DNA of 64,000 bases from Cyanophora paradoxa CCMP329 (Eukaryota > Plantae > Glaucophyta): contig QPMI01000117.1 in NCBI GenBank assembly GCA_004431415.1, positions 320,516-384,515 of the forward strand. Reading direction: 5' to 3'. Both the position numbers and the translations under genes were made by a program. Shown piece after piece: positions 34,319 to 46,900 of the stretch (positions are counted from its first letter, which is position 1; each line of letters begins with the position of its first letter). The notes under the pieces are model-generated. The model made no database searches and was not told where the DNA came from. It saw only the letters and a list, made by a program, of their open reading frames with translations.

Positions 34319-35994
34319 TTCGACCCTCGATCTCACCATCGCGCTCGGTCCCATTTCCATGGCCAGCACGAAATGGTACTTTCTTGTTTTAAATTTACTG
34401 TTTTCTTTAGACATATTTTCTTAACGCGCACGTCGCGATCGCCGTTTTGAAATTGCGCAGTTATGTACGTGCATGCGCAACCAATCATGCCTGTTTTAAT
34501 TTCATCTGCTGATCATATACATCACGTGCAGTCCGATCCTCCGATCGCGTGCAATTTTGGGGCGGGAATGCTCGGCACCCTTATGTACAGATGTTCTGAC
34601 GTGCGTTAATTAAAGGCGCTCAACGGCTGGCCAAACTTAAGCCTGTGACAGTATATATACGTCATCTATGTGTCTTATATTAATTCAATGCGTCATCGAT
34701 ATCGCAGAACGATACTTGTACCCCGAAGTACAAAACTGGCTGTACACGTAGTGTCTGTGATTGCGTCGGCGTAAGCGATACCTACATGGCTTATCCACTT
34801 AACTGCGGATCTGGAAAATACTACTCTCTAGGTAGGTTCTAAGTTTAATATTTACTACTCTCACTTTTTTTATACGCTCTAGACGTGTATATATATATAT
34901 ATATATATGATTCTAAGCCTTTCTTACAATTGCAAAATACTTTAATTTCCATCGCGTTCTGATTTTGTGACAACAACAGATGGCTATGTTTGCAAAAAAG
35001 CCATGTTGGACGAGGACCTCCAAGTCGTCAATATCGATACGACTGTGGTGCGCGATCGCGAGATCTAGATCTGGACCGGAGCCTGCGCACACACGTAATT
35101 TCGAGCCGCTCAGTAACAGAAAACATATGTGCAGGATACCGAGTACGAGGTCGATTTTGAGAGTTTTGAGTTCGAGGAGGCGGCGATGGCAGAGGGGTAC
35201 GAGGAGACGGGTCCGGAGGGTCTCGCGGCTGCTTTTTAGTCTGGTATACGTAGATCTGGTTTTTGAGCAGTCTTGCTGCGATTTAGTCTGCTTTTAGGAA
35301 ACATTGGATTTGAAAGGTCTTCGGTGCGATTGCAAATTAATATTGAAACTTGGCACTTCATGCTCTACACATGTGGAACTGCGGTAGCATGAGGGTTCGA
35401 GCCAGGGCTTGCTGTCATATATATATATATATATATAGTGTGCTAGTCCAATTGTGCTCAGCATGCATGCGCAGTTGCCAAGTTGGCCATGCATAGAAGG
35501 GGAAAGGTTGCGAACAGGACCAAGGTCGACCGCGAGTACCGAGGCTCGGCCCGGCGGAGGGCGAGGCCGGGGGCGGCGCCTCATGCGGCGCAGAGGGCGG
35601 CGCAGGCTGCAGCTGCTGCAAGCGAAAAGAGTCAGCTCGGATGGCGGGGAGGGGCGGCGCTCCAGCTGCTTCCCAGCGCACACGCGATTCTCGAAGGACA
35701 ACGCCAAGAAGCGCGCCAGCGAGCGTTGCGGCTGGGCAAGGGGAGGGTCCCTCTGGATCCGCCCGCGTGCCCCGATTGCAAGTGTCGAGCCGGCTACGAT
35801 CCCGACCAGTGCGTCGAGGGGGCCCAGCTCCCAAGTTCGACTGACGGCGGGACGCGCCTGCGCATGCGCTCGGCTCATCCGCTCCATGGCCAGATCCCGC
35901 CCTCTGTCCGTGCCCGGCGGCCCGCGACTCAATTTAAAACGGCTTTAAAATACTAGGTCTTCGACTCGCCCCCGCCCCCGCTCGTCTCAGGAGG

Positions 35995-37024
35995 TGCAAG
36001 GTGGGGTCTAAAGTAGGGACGCTGACAGAATACAACAACTAAGTAACTTCAACGGTAGTAATCATTTGAATGCTCAGCGACTATCTATACAACTAAGTAT
36101 AATGCTAGCTATAGGCGTAGGCGGCTAGGCCTGGGCCTGCGCGCGGCCGCCCACCGTGCCTCCGCCCCGCCCGGCGGACCGCACCGCCGCCCGCACCTCC
36201 GCCCCGCGCGCCGGTGCCCGGAGAGCTGCGCCGCCGCCCCGCTCGCCGCGCGCGCCTTCGCCCCGCGCGGCCCCCGCGCCCCGAGCCGCGCCGCCGCCCA
36301 CCGCGCCCCGTCCCGCCTGCCGAGCCGCGCCGCCGCCTGCCGCGCAGCTGAGCTGCCGAGCGCGCGTCGCGCCTCCGAGGCTCCGTCCCGCTTGGCGAGC
36401 CGCGCCGACCGTTGCCCGACCGCCCCGCCCGTCATATGCATGGCGCCGGCCTCGCGTCGCGCAGCCGGCCGCTGCGCACTCCCGCTCGCCGCGCCTGGGC
36501 CGGGTTAGCCGAGCATGCGCAGCGGAGGGCGACATGTCCAGCTAGGGCCGCGCGGGCCAGGCGCGGCCGCGGGGACCGTCGGACACGGGAGCTCGAGGGC
36601 GGTGGCGCGCGCGGCTCGCGCGCCGGCAGAGCGGAGCGCGCGCGCGCGGCGCGACGCGGCGCGCGCGACTCGGCGATTATGCTTAGCTGCGCTCTGCAAG
36701 CAGTGCATGCTGCCGCAGTGCAGTGCAGCTGCAGGCTGGCACATCGCGGTTGCGTGGGCGGCAATTGCAACTACCGTAGTAGTACTAGTACGCCGGCAAG
36801 TCGTCGGCGCCGCAGCGGCGGCGACAACTCGCCGACAAGGAGCCTTGCGCGGGATACAGCAAAAAGAGACGTCCGGCGGCGCCGGCCTTATCCACAGCGG
36901 GGTACCACAAAAAGACTTATCGCCGACGGACAAAAGACCGACTTGCGAACTGGCCGACTTGGACAGCGTGACAGACAATCCGACGGGTAGCAAGGGGGGT
37001 TTGAGCAGCTGACCCCCCCTTGCA
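35995..37024. mobile_element. putative 1-kb non-autonomous TIR element
   Basis: Ends TGCAAGGTGGGGTC / GACCCCCCCTTGCA (13/14 inverted). The segment is absent from the paralogous copy near 8260. No clear TSD. Confidence 0.55.
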
Positions 37025-38186
37025 ATTTATTTATCATGATTTGCTTTTGTAAACGATTTTCCGTCTTCTCCTTCTTGGGGAGAGGGGGGCCGGGGGGGGG
37101 GGGGGGGGGGGGGGAGCAGCGGTGGAAGCGGGGCTTTTTCGGAACTCTGATCTGAAAGGATTACGACATACGTATATACTAGCACGCGGCGGCCTCTGCA
37201 GCTGCTCGGGCTCTGACTGGGCCGGCCGCCGGTTGGAAACGGGGTAGAGTAGTGATCATGAGGACCGGTGCCGGCGGCGGCGCGGCCCGGCGGGGCGCGC
37301 ACGTGCGGCGCGGGCCCGCGCCTGCCGCAGTCACTGAGTGCGCATGCGCGCGCGCACTGCCGGCGCGGCCCCGCGCCTGCAGCTGCAGCCTGCAGCTAGC
37401 TATAGCGCTGTGCATGCGCAAATCATAGCTAGCCTAGTAGCCTAGTAGCGCTATAGTATGCATGCGCATATGCATGCGCATGCCGGCGCCGCGCCTGCCA
37501 ACTGCCGCCGGCCGGCGCGGCGCCGCGCCCGCACTGCCGGCGCCTGCACTGCTAGCGCGCTGGTGACGCCTCGCGCGCAAGTCCAGCAAGCCGCTAGCCG
37601 GAGCTCAGCTATAGCTAGCTACGCTGGCCAGCTAGCGAACCTGTCGGCTAGGTTGACGGCTAAATCGTGCGATTGTACCCAGCAAAAACTCAAACTCGCA
37701 GGAGCTCTTTTTTTCGCGTTCGGTACAACAGGTACTTGATGCGGCCTAGCGCGCCACGCGCTGCTTCCCGAGCGCTGGCATGTATGACATGCTCTGTCGA
37801 GCATCGCAAGAGCTTTCTTATGCACTTGGTCCGGCCTCTATACGACCACAGGATCAGGCGCTGCAAGGGATAGTCCAGGAAAGGGTCCGGTCCTTTTTTC
37901 CGCGCAGCATTCCGCTCTTTCCGGGTTCTGACAACAAATTCCGGGCTCTCATGCATGCACTAACACGTGGTTAAGAGCTCGGAGCTGGATCGGGAGATGA
38001 GCAGGACCGTCATTTTGTAAGTTACCGAAAACGGGGGCCCTACCCCGTTTCCAAAATTGAAGAAAACAAGCCGGCCGGGGGAGGGGGAGGGGGGGGGGGA
38101 GGGGGGGGCGTTTCTTGGGGACTCATTAAAAAGAATTCGACACTTATATTCATATTCAATCCCGGCAAGCCGCCCTAGGCCCGCCC

Positions 38187-39685
38187 CTACAGCTGCCCGC
38201 AGTCCTCGATGGTGATCACCTGCGTCGTCTGCCCGCCCCCCGTCCCCAGCGCCTCGATCTTCTTCACCTGCCAAAGGCGGGGGCGCGGCTTAGCGGAGGG
38301 GGTACTGTTGCAAGGGGGAAGGAGGAGGGTGTACCACATCCAGTCCCTCCACGACCCGGCCGAAGACGACGTGCTTCCCGTCGAGGCTGCGGGGGTACGG
38401 GGAGTCGGAAGGGGTACAGGAAAGCGCGGGGACGGAGGGGGCGCACTGGGGCGTCGCCTTGAATGTGATGAAGAACTGAATGGGGGGAAGGGGCGGGGGG
38501 GCGGGGAAGTGAGCAAGGGTACAGGAAATATCCTGCGGCGGCGGCTCGCCTGGCTCCCGTTGGAGTTCTTCCCCGCGTTGGCCATCGAGAGCGTACCCGG
38601 CTGCTCGTGCTTCAGCTTGAAGTTCTCGCTGCCGGAGGGGTACAGCGATCAGGGCCAGGGGAGAGGTAGGGTACAGCGATCAGCGCCCGGGGAACCCCCC
38701 GCTCATATGAGCGCACTCCTTGAAGGTCTTGCCGTAGATGCTCTCGCCGCCGCTGCCCATGCGCGCCGACCCCGGCGGGCTCGTGAAATCGCCTCCCTAA
38801 GGGGCGTGGGGGTCGTGTAGGCGCGGGGGAAGGAACGGAGCCAGCGCGGCGGGGAGGGCGGGGGTGGGAGATGCTCTCGCCAGCGCGGCCCGGCGGCGGG
38901 AGAGCGCCGATGGGATTCGGATGGAGCCGGCTTCCGCGGGCCCCTAACCCCCTGCTTGAGGCCGGCACCCCGGGCCCTAACCCGCGCTCTGCCATCGCCC
39001 CCCGCGGGCTTCTCGGGTGACCCTATCGGGCCCAGCCATCGAGGGCGCCGGGCCGGGCCAGGCCCCGGGGCGGACCTGTGCCATGAAGTCCGGGATGACC
39101 CTGCGCGCGGCCCCGCGGCGCCTCGTCAGCCGGCGAGCCAAGGGGCGCGGCAGCGCCGCTGGGGCGGCGGCCCTCGCGCGCGCGCCTGTGGAACGTGCAG
39201 CCCTTGAACCTGCGGCGCGGCGCGGGGCGGGCCGCGGCGGCGTTGGAGGGGCGCGCGAGGCGGCGCGCGGGGGGGGCCCCGGGCGCACCAGAGCGGCTTG
39301 CCGGACTTGCCCTTGCCCTTCTCGCCTGCGCGGCGCGCGCGGGGGTCAGGAACGGCGCGGAGAGCGGCCCGCGCGCTCGCTTGTGCAGCGCGGCGCATGC
39401 GCAGCGAGAGGCGGAGCTACGCCCTCGCCCCCGGAAGCTTAGCTAAGCGACCGCAGCTGACGCCTCCAGCGCTCGGGGCGCCTCGCACCTGTGCAGAGCG
39501 CGCGGAAGTTCTCCGCGGTCTTGGGCACCTGCACGCGCGGCGTCGGCGTCGGCCGGCGGGCGATCGAACGAAGGGAAACGGCAGCGGACCACGTCAGCGA
39601 ACAGCTCGATCGTGATGCGCCCGAGGGGCGTCCCCGGAGGCGCGGTCACGTCTAGGAAGACGCGCGGGTTCGGCTTGTCGCCCAT
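38187..39685 (-). CDS. single-domain cyclophilin (peptidyl-prolyl cis-trans isomerase)
   Basis: MGDKPNPRVFLDV..GRITIELFAD|VPKTAENFRALCT|GEKGKGKSGKPLW|FKGCTFHR|VIPDFMAQ|GGDFT..GGESIYGKTFKD|ENFKLKH..LSMANAGKNSNGSQ|FFIT..HLDGKHVVFGRVVEG..IEDCGQL*. Confidence 0.95.
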
Positions 39686-39758
39686 CGCTGTGCTGCGCGC
39701 TGCTTGGATTGTCGCTAGAAGTGCGGATGCTCCTGCTTTGTCGAATTTTGGCTCGAAG

Positions 39759-42700
39759 ATGGACCCAGCGCCGCGGTCTGGACGGGTACAACAGTAAGCG
39801 AGCCTCTCGCCAGCAATGGAGCAGGTGCGCTCGTCTGCTTGCTTGCCACGTTATGGCAGACAGCATAGAGGCTACACGGGGAACACGGATCATGCTGCCG
39901 CCTGCGCGTGCGGAGAACGCGACGATAGCTGGTTCACGGCCGCGCGACACGCCGCGAAGGCGTAATCGCATTCGAAGCGCCCCGCGATCGTATTCGAGGG
40001 CACGTCTGACCGCCCCGCCCTTCGCAGCTCGCGCCGCTCAACCTGCGCCTCGATGGCGCGGCGATGAAGGCAGCGCAAGTGCTTGTGAAAGACAAGCTGG
40101 CCGAGATGATGTCATCGTACAGCGACGACGTGCTGCCGGCACGCCCGCGCCGCACTCGTTGTGGTTCTAGAACCGCTCTCACGCCGCGCCCACAGGAGTA
40201 CATCCTCGTTATGATTGCCAACAACAAGAGCGGATTGCAAGTCGCCGCCGATCTAGACGCGTTTCTCGGGCCGCAGGCCAAGGACTTCACAACCTGGTCC
40301 GCTCTCCGCAGCCGGTGACTCGGGCGAGCCGCTGACGAACGCCCCCGCCGCGCAGGTTGTGGAGCTCGCTGACAAACCCCGACATCCGATCCGCGATCCT
40401 CGCCGGCCGCGGTGAGCCCGCGACTCTACTCCGGAGCCCGCATCGCTGACCCCCGCTCAGCGCCCTTCGCGCATACGGGACCGGTGAACATCCGCCCAAC
40501 GACGGACGGATCGGCCCCGGGCGGTCCGCAGAAGCAGGAGCAGCCCCTGAACCACGTTTTGAACAACGTGCCTCCGGCCCGCGCGCCCGGCTCCGGCGGG
40601 TCTGCCTCCTCGCTCGCGCGCTGCCGCCGGCGCGCCGACGCTAAGCGCTTCGTCCTCTCAGCTACGACATCGTGGTCAACGCGGACGACATGCTGGAGGA
40701 AGGGGTGAACTACGAGGAGGAGGAGAGGAAGAAGCGGGAGCGAGAGCGGGAGGCCCGCGACCGGGAGCGGGAGCGCGAGCGGGAGCGCGAACGCGAGCGC
40801 GAGAAGGAGCGCGAGCGCGAGCGGGAACGACGCGAGCGGGAACGTCGCGAGCGTGCGCCTCGTTTCTCTCGCGCTGCTCTCCTCTTCTTTTCCTTTTCGC
40901 TGACCACCCATGCGGCCCGCAGAAGAGCGAGAGCGAGAGCGCGAGCGGGAGCGGGAGAGGGAAAGGGAGCGCGAGAGGTGCCGGCTCCCGGTCCCTTCCG
41001 TTGGGGCGCCTCCTGCAGGCGCGTGACTCGCCTCCCGCCCGTCGCAGGCAGAGGCGGCGGTCCCGCAGCCGCTCGCGGAGCCGGTGCGCCGTTCGGTTTG
41101 CCTTGCTTCGCCCGCGCCCGCGCCTGACGCGACCCGCCGGCAGGGAGAGGCGGAGCCCCGGGCGGAACAACCGCAACCGCAGCCCGCCGCGGCCGCGCAG
41201 CCGCAGCCCGCGCCGGAGCCGCTCCCCGACCCGCAACCGCAGCCCCCGCCGCGCCGACCCGAACGAGCGGTAGCCCCTTCCCCCGCCCTCCCGCCCGGCG
41301 CGCGCGGGTTCGAGGCCGGCGCAGGCGGTTCTACGACGAGCCTGCGGAGGCGGCGCCCGTGCGGGGCCCGTCCTCCGTCGTGCGGCCGGCGCGAGAGCCG
41401 CTGCGGGAGCCGCCCGTCGGCGGCGGCCGCATGCTCATCAACGCCGGTCCGCGTACCCCCCCCCCCCCCCCCCCCCGCCGCGCGGGTCCCGCGCCGCCCC
41501 ACTTTACTCACCCCTTCGTCCGGCGCAGTGCGCGTCGCTGCCAAGTCGGCGGAGGAGCTGGGCGGTCATATGGACGAGGGTCCGTCGCCGCCGCCACAGC
41601 CGGCCGGCGGCTCGCGGCGCGGCCGGCGCGGCCGCGGCGCCCCGGCGGTCGAGCCCGAGGTGTGCGGGCCCGCCTCCTACCCTCCCCGACCCGCCCCGAC
41701 GCGCCCCGCAGGCGCTGGCGATGGTTCAGCAGCTGCCGGCGCTGATCAGCGACCTGCGCTCGTCGCTGGAGGAGATCCGGGGGCAGCGCGCGGCCGCCTC
41801 GCCGCCGGCGGCGCCCGGCGACGAGGCGGCGGGCGCCGGCGCCGGCGTGACGGACCTGCGGGAGACGCTGCGGCTCAAGAAGGCGGCGGGGTCGGGCAAG
41901 GGCAAGGGCCGGCAGCAGCAGCAGCCGGGCCAGGGCGCCGCCCTCTTCGGCACCGCCGTGCGCGAGCTCGAGGCGCAGGGGCCCTCCAAGCGCAAGCGCG
42001 GCGGCCGCGGCCGCGGCGGCCGCGGCGGGAGCGGCGGGGAGGAGGAGGGGTACGAGGACGAGGAGGAGGAGGCGGCGGCGGCGGCGGCGGCGGGGGACGC
42101 GGTCTTCACGGTGACGCTGGGCGAGGAGGGCGAGCCATACGACGACTACGAGGGCGAGGGCGAGGGCGAGGGCGATGAGGGCCCAACGAAGCGTGTACGG
42201 TGCGCGCGCGCGGGGGGCGCGCCTCTGATGGGCCGGGCGCCTCTGATGGACCGACCGGACCGGCGGAGCGCAGGTGCGCCTTCTGGCCCAACTGCGGCAA
42301 GGGCGACGCCTGCGCCTTCCACCACCCCTCCAAGCCCTGCCGGTACCGTACTCCCCCTCTCTCCCTCCCCCGGGGGGTACCTGAGGCTTCGCCCAGGAAC
42401 TGGCCGGACTGCTCGTTCGGGGACAAGTGCCTGTACCTCCACCCGGCTCCCAGGAGGGGCCCCCCCGCCCCCTGCCGCTACGGCCCCGCCTGCACGAACC
42501 CCGCCTGCACCTTCGCGCACCCGCCCCCGCCCCCGCCCCCGCCCGTCCTGCCCGCCCCGTCCGCCCCGCCGTGCCGCTACGGCCTCGGCTGCACCAACCC
42601 GGCCTGCGCCTTCGCCCACCCGCCGCCCCCCATGGGCCGCGGCTTCGGCCGGGGCGGCCGCGGCGGCCGCGGCGGCGCCGGGGCCGTCGTGCACTGCAAC

Positions 42701-43080
42701 CTGTCGCTCCGCAAGGCGCCGAGCGGGGCGCTGGTGGGCCGCCCGGCCCCGGCCCCGGCCCCGGCGGCCGCGCGCGGAGGGGCCTCCGGCTCCGGCTCCC
42801 GCACGTGGGTGAACCCCGCAGTCAAGGCCGCCATGCGCAAGCCCCTCGCCGGCCCCATGCCCGCCCCCGGTCCGCACCCATCCCCCCCCTTTGGTTTTAG
42901 CTTCCCCGTTCATTTGAGATAGATCCTTAGCTTTTCAGCTTGGTTTTAGCCGACAAAGATGCCGCTCCCCTTTCGCCCCGCTTCCCTGTTGACCCTCCCT
43001 CTTTCGCCGCAGCGGAGGCGAGCGCCGAGTCCATCGCGAAGCTCAGCAGCTCTCTCCCTAAGACGCCCCCGCGGGAGTGA
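39759..43080 (+). CDS. Nab2/ZC3H14-like poly(A) RNA-binding protein (PWI-like, RE/RS-rich, CCCH fingers); start tentative
   Basis: DDVLP|EYILVMIANNKSGLQVAADLDAFLG..DFTTW, then CAFWPNCGKGDACAFHHP, CRNWPDCSFGDKCLYLHP and two CRYG..CTNPAC.FAHP fingers. Confidence 0.88.
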
Positions 43081-43945
43081 GCGGCGCGCTTCGGGGCGCG
43101 GGCGGCTGAGATCAAGCATCTTTGCAGTGTCTGTTCGCTAGTTAAATTTTTGTCGGGCGGAACTGCGGCCCCACATGCAGGCTTCAGCTTGTCCGAAGTT
43201 TGCAGGCGGGGGCCGGGGCTGTGGACGAGACAAGGGCCGGGGCCGAGCGAACTTCACGATCGATCTTCGTGGCCATCGTGCGGCTGCAGATGGGAATTAG
43301 CCATCGTCTCGGGCTGCAGCGAGGGACCGGGCGGCGCGTTTCCGCGCATGTGCGCAGTCGGCTGCTCGCTGATCATGATCAATGATCATCGGATCTGTGT
43401 CGGACGGCCGGGCGCTGCAGCTTTGCAGACTTGTCTGAACTGAATGAATGAACGCCCTGACACGATTTTTGAATCGATTTTCGACACGATTTTCGATTTT
43501 TGAAGCCACCGCGCCGGCGAGCACTCGTTTGCTAGCCGCCCGAGCGCAAGGCTCGCGCTCGTTGCGCAGTTGGCTGTTCCGTGATTTGTGTCGGACTCCG
43601 CGGCCGGCCCGGCGGGACGGCTTGTCCGAACGGTCTGACACGATTTCATGAGCCTCGAATCGCTTTACTAAAAGTTAGCCTAGACGTCCAAATTAGCCTG
43701 AAGCCAGCGCCCCGGAGAGCCCTCTCTTGCTCGCGCCCGGCGCTCGGCGACTCGGCGATACTACACAATGCATACTACGCAATCGTGAGAAGCATGCTCG
43801 AGTCTCTGGTCCGACTCTGGAGGAGGCGGGACATCAATGTGCGTCTGCACCATGCATTCAAAGCTAAGCTCGGCGCTGCGCAAAGAGAGGCGGGCCGGGC
43901 AGCGGGGAGGGCCGGGCAGGGGCCAGGGCCCCTCCTAGATTGTAG

Positions 43946-46900
43946 TTACAGCGAGGCCTCTTCTCGCTTGGCCTCAGGCGCCGGCTGCGGGCTCGGGCTC
44001 GAAGCCGCGGGGCTCGGGCCCGCCGCCGGCGCCTCCTTCGCAGCGGACGCGGCCGCCGCCGCCGCCAGGCGGGCCCGCAGCCTCGCCGCCGCCTCGTCCT
44101 GCGACGAACCCGCCGCGTCAGCGAGCGCCGCTGTGCATATACCCGGGCTCAAGCAGCAGAGCCCCAGCCTCCTCCTAGCCTAGCCTAGCCCTTCTCCTAG
44201 CTAGCCTAACCCGCCCTCCCGCCCTACCCCCCTAGCCCTCCCTAGCCCCCCTCCTAGCCTAGCCTCACCTGGCTGATCTCGCCGCGGTGGAGGGCGCTGA
44301 GCGTGGCGCCCGTCTCGCGGTCCCGCTCCAGGATCTTCACCTGCGCGGGGCGGGGGTCAGGCGGGACGGGGCCGGCCGCGCTTCGAGGGGGCGCGCGCGG
44401 GACCCGGAAAGCAATGTGAAGCCCCGAATCGAGGCCGGGCGAGGGGATTCGCTTGGGACGCCGGGCAGAACGCGGCTGAGGCCACTATTTGGAGGAAAGG
44501 TATGGAGCTATAATTCAAAGCCGGGCGATGTTATTCGCTCAGGTCGTAACTGTCCTAAATCAAAGCCGGGCGAGGGGGCTCGCCCTGTTGGAGGTCTTCT
44601 CGAGCGGGGTGATCTAGAGCGAAACTCTATGACGCCGCAAAGCTCTACAATCCTAAACGCTAAAGCGCGAGAGCGCTTCCTGTACAATCCTACTTCTATG
44701 AAGACCTAGATCAGAACTCTTATAAAGATCTAAAATCCTAAGTGCTGGAGCGGGAGGGCGGGCGCCTTGCTGGAGGTCTTCTCGAGGGGGGTGATCTTGT
44801 GGGCCCAAAGCAGATCCGCCAGCGCCCGCAGCTGCTTCACGATCTCCGGCTCCTCCCCTGCGCCCCCGCCCGCCCTCAGCCTTCAGCCTTCAACGGTTAA
44901 CATATCGGCATGCAATCTCTCTCTGATTCATATATAGTCACGATGTGGAGCAGTCGGAGGGTTCGAGAGCGTAAGCGCACCCTGGCTCGTGGAGGCGGGG
45001 GTACGTGCGGACGCCGGGGTACCGGCGGCGGCGGCCGCCGCGCCCGCGCCTGGCGGCGCTTGCGGCGTGGCCGGTATCGAAGGGGCCGACGAGGCCGCCG
45101 GCGAGGGGGGTACGCCCTCCGCCTCCTTCCGCTTCTGCGGATGGGGGTAAGGGCACGTCCAGGAAGGGGGGTACGGAGCCGAACGTTCTGGGCCTTGAGG
45201 CACTTGTTGCAGAGATGGCGGCCTCCCCTACCCCCCGACGTGGCCTGCGGGGTACCGGTGCCCCTTGAGGGACGAAGAGGGGGGTACAGGCGAAGGGCGA
45301 ACCTGAGCGCCGCAGGTGGCGTGCAGGGCGCGCCCGCAGTTGTCGCACGGGACGGAGGGCGTACCCCCGTCCCGCCGGATGCCCCCTCCGCAGATCCCGC
45401 AGTGGTTCAGCGAGCCGGTCGCTGCGGGGTACGGCGTCACGCGAAGCGTAGGGGGTACGACGACGAAGGCGCCGGGCCGCGCACCGGTTGTGGTTGTACC
45501 CGACGAGGGCGCAGAGGCGGCGGCGGCAGTGGATGTGGCGGTCGTTCGCTCGGCAGAGCTACGGTGACTCTCAGCGGGGCGGAAAAGGAGGGGGTCGCGG
45601 AGTCTAGGGCGCTGCATGTCACCTCTTGCCGCGCGTGATGTGCTTCTGCCAGCGGCGGTACCCGTCCGACGTCTTCCACCGGTAGTAGTGCTGGATAACG
45701 TCGCCGTACCCCTTGCGGCTCCCCGCCTGCCGGCCCGCCGCGCGGTGAGACGGACGAGGACAAGGAAGGAAGGACAATCGTCAAGGGGCGAGCGAGGACG
45801 TCGAGCGAGGAGAACGGAGAGGGGGCGGGCGCGGCGCACGTTCTGGAGGGCGCGGAGGGTGGTCGTGAAGTCGCGCGAGGCGTTCACGAAGAGCGTACGG
45901 TCGAACTGCTCCCGCTCGTACGCCTGCCACCCGTCCTCTGCAGGCGCCCCCGCGGGGTGAGCCGGCGGGCGGTCGAGAAAGCGACGCATCTTCTCGGCAG
46001 CTCTCATGGTCACCAGGCAGCTCGAAGGGGCGGGAGGCCAGGAGGGTCCTAGCCACGCTCGGCTCGTACTTTGCCCGGTGCAGCGTCTGGGAGGCGGCGT
46101 TCAGGGGTACGGGACTCGTCGTCCGGGGGGGTACGGGGCGCACGTGGATGGAATGCTCGCGGACGGAAGTGAATCGGTTCATGCCCATCTGCAACGCGGG
46201 TTCGAATCCGGCCGAGGATATATAACGGCGGGGTACGGCGGGGTCGGACCTCGTAGGGCATGCTGTTCTCGAACATGTCCTCGGCGCGCTGCATGTACGC
46301 CTCCACTGGGGGGTACAGCGTCGACGGCGGGGACGGGCGGGCGCGGGGGGGGGTACGAGCGCACGGGCAGCGGGGTCGAGGTGCCCCGGGAACCAGCAGA
46401 GGCGGGGCTTAGAGAAGTCTGAGGGGTACGTTAGTTCAGCAGGGGCGCAGAGGTACCCCACTACCCCGCACCGTTGGGGCTGGTCTCCGCGGGGTCCGGC
46501 CCGTCCTCCTCGGGCGGGGGTACCCCCGGCTTCGGCGAGTCCAGGGGTACCGCGCAATCCGGAACGACCGCCTGGTACCGGGGGCCGAGGCGGGGCCAGG
46601 AGTAGTTCCGGAAAGCTGCGGGGGTACGGGATGGATCAGAGGCGCGGGGGCGGGGGGTGGGGGGGGGAAGGAAGGGCGACGGTGTGGCGGGGGTACGCAC
46701 ATTCCTCGACCTTCACCTTTTCCTTTGTCTTGGCTACAGGCTGCGGGGAAGTGGGTACGATTAAGAATCCTGCACGGGTAGAGGAGACGGCCGGGTACGG
46801 GGCACCTCGGCCGCCGTCCAATCGTCCTCGACTGGCCTAGGGGGATACGTGAGCGGGCGTAGGGGAGCGCAGGGGGAGGGCGGCGCGCCTCCGGCCTCGA

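Noticed and set aside
34888-35437. TG...CA segment between two (TA)n tracts as a solo LTR or microsatellite-targeting element
   Set aside because: Only a 3-nt terminal match and no second copy; two independent microsatellites explain it.
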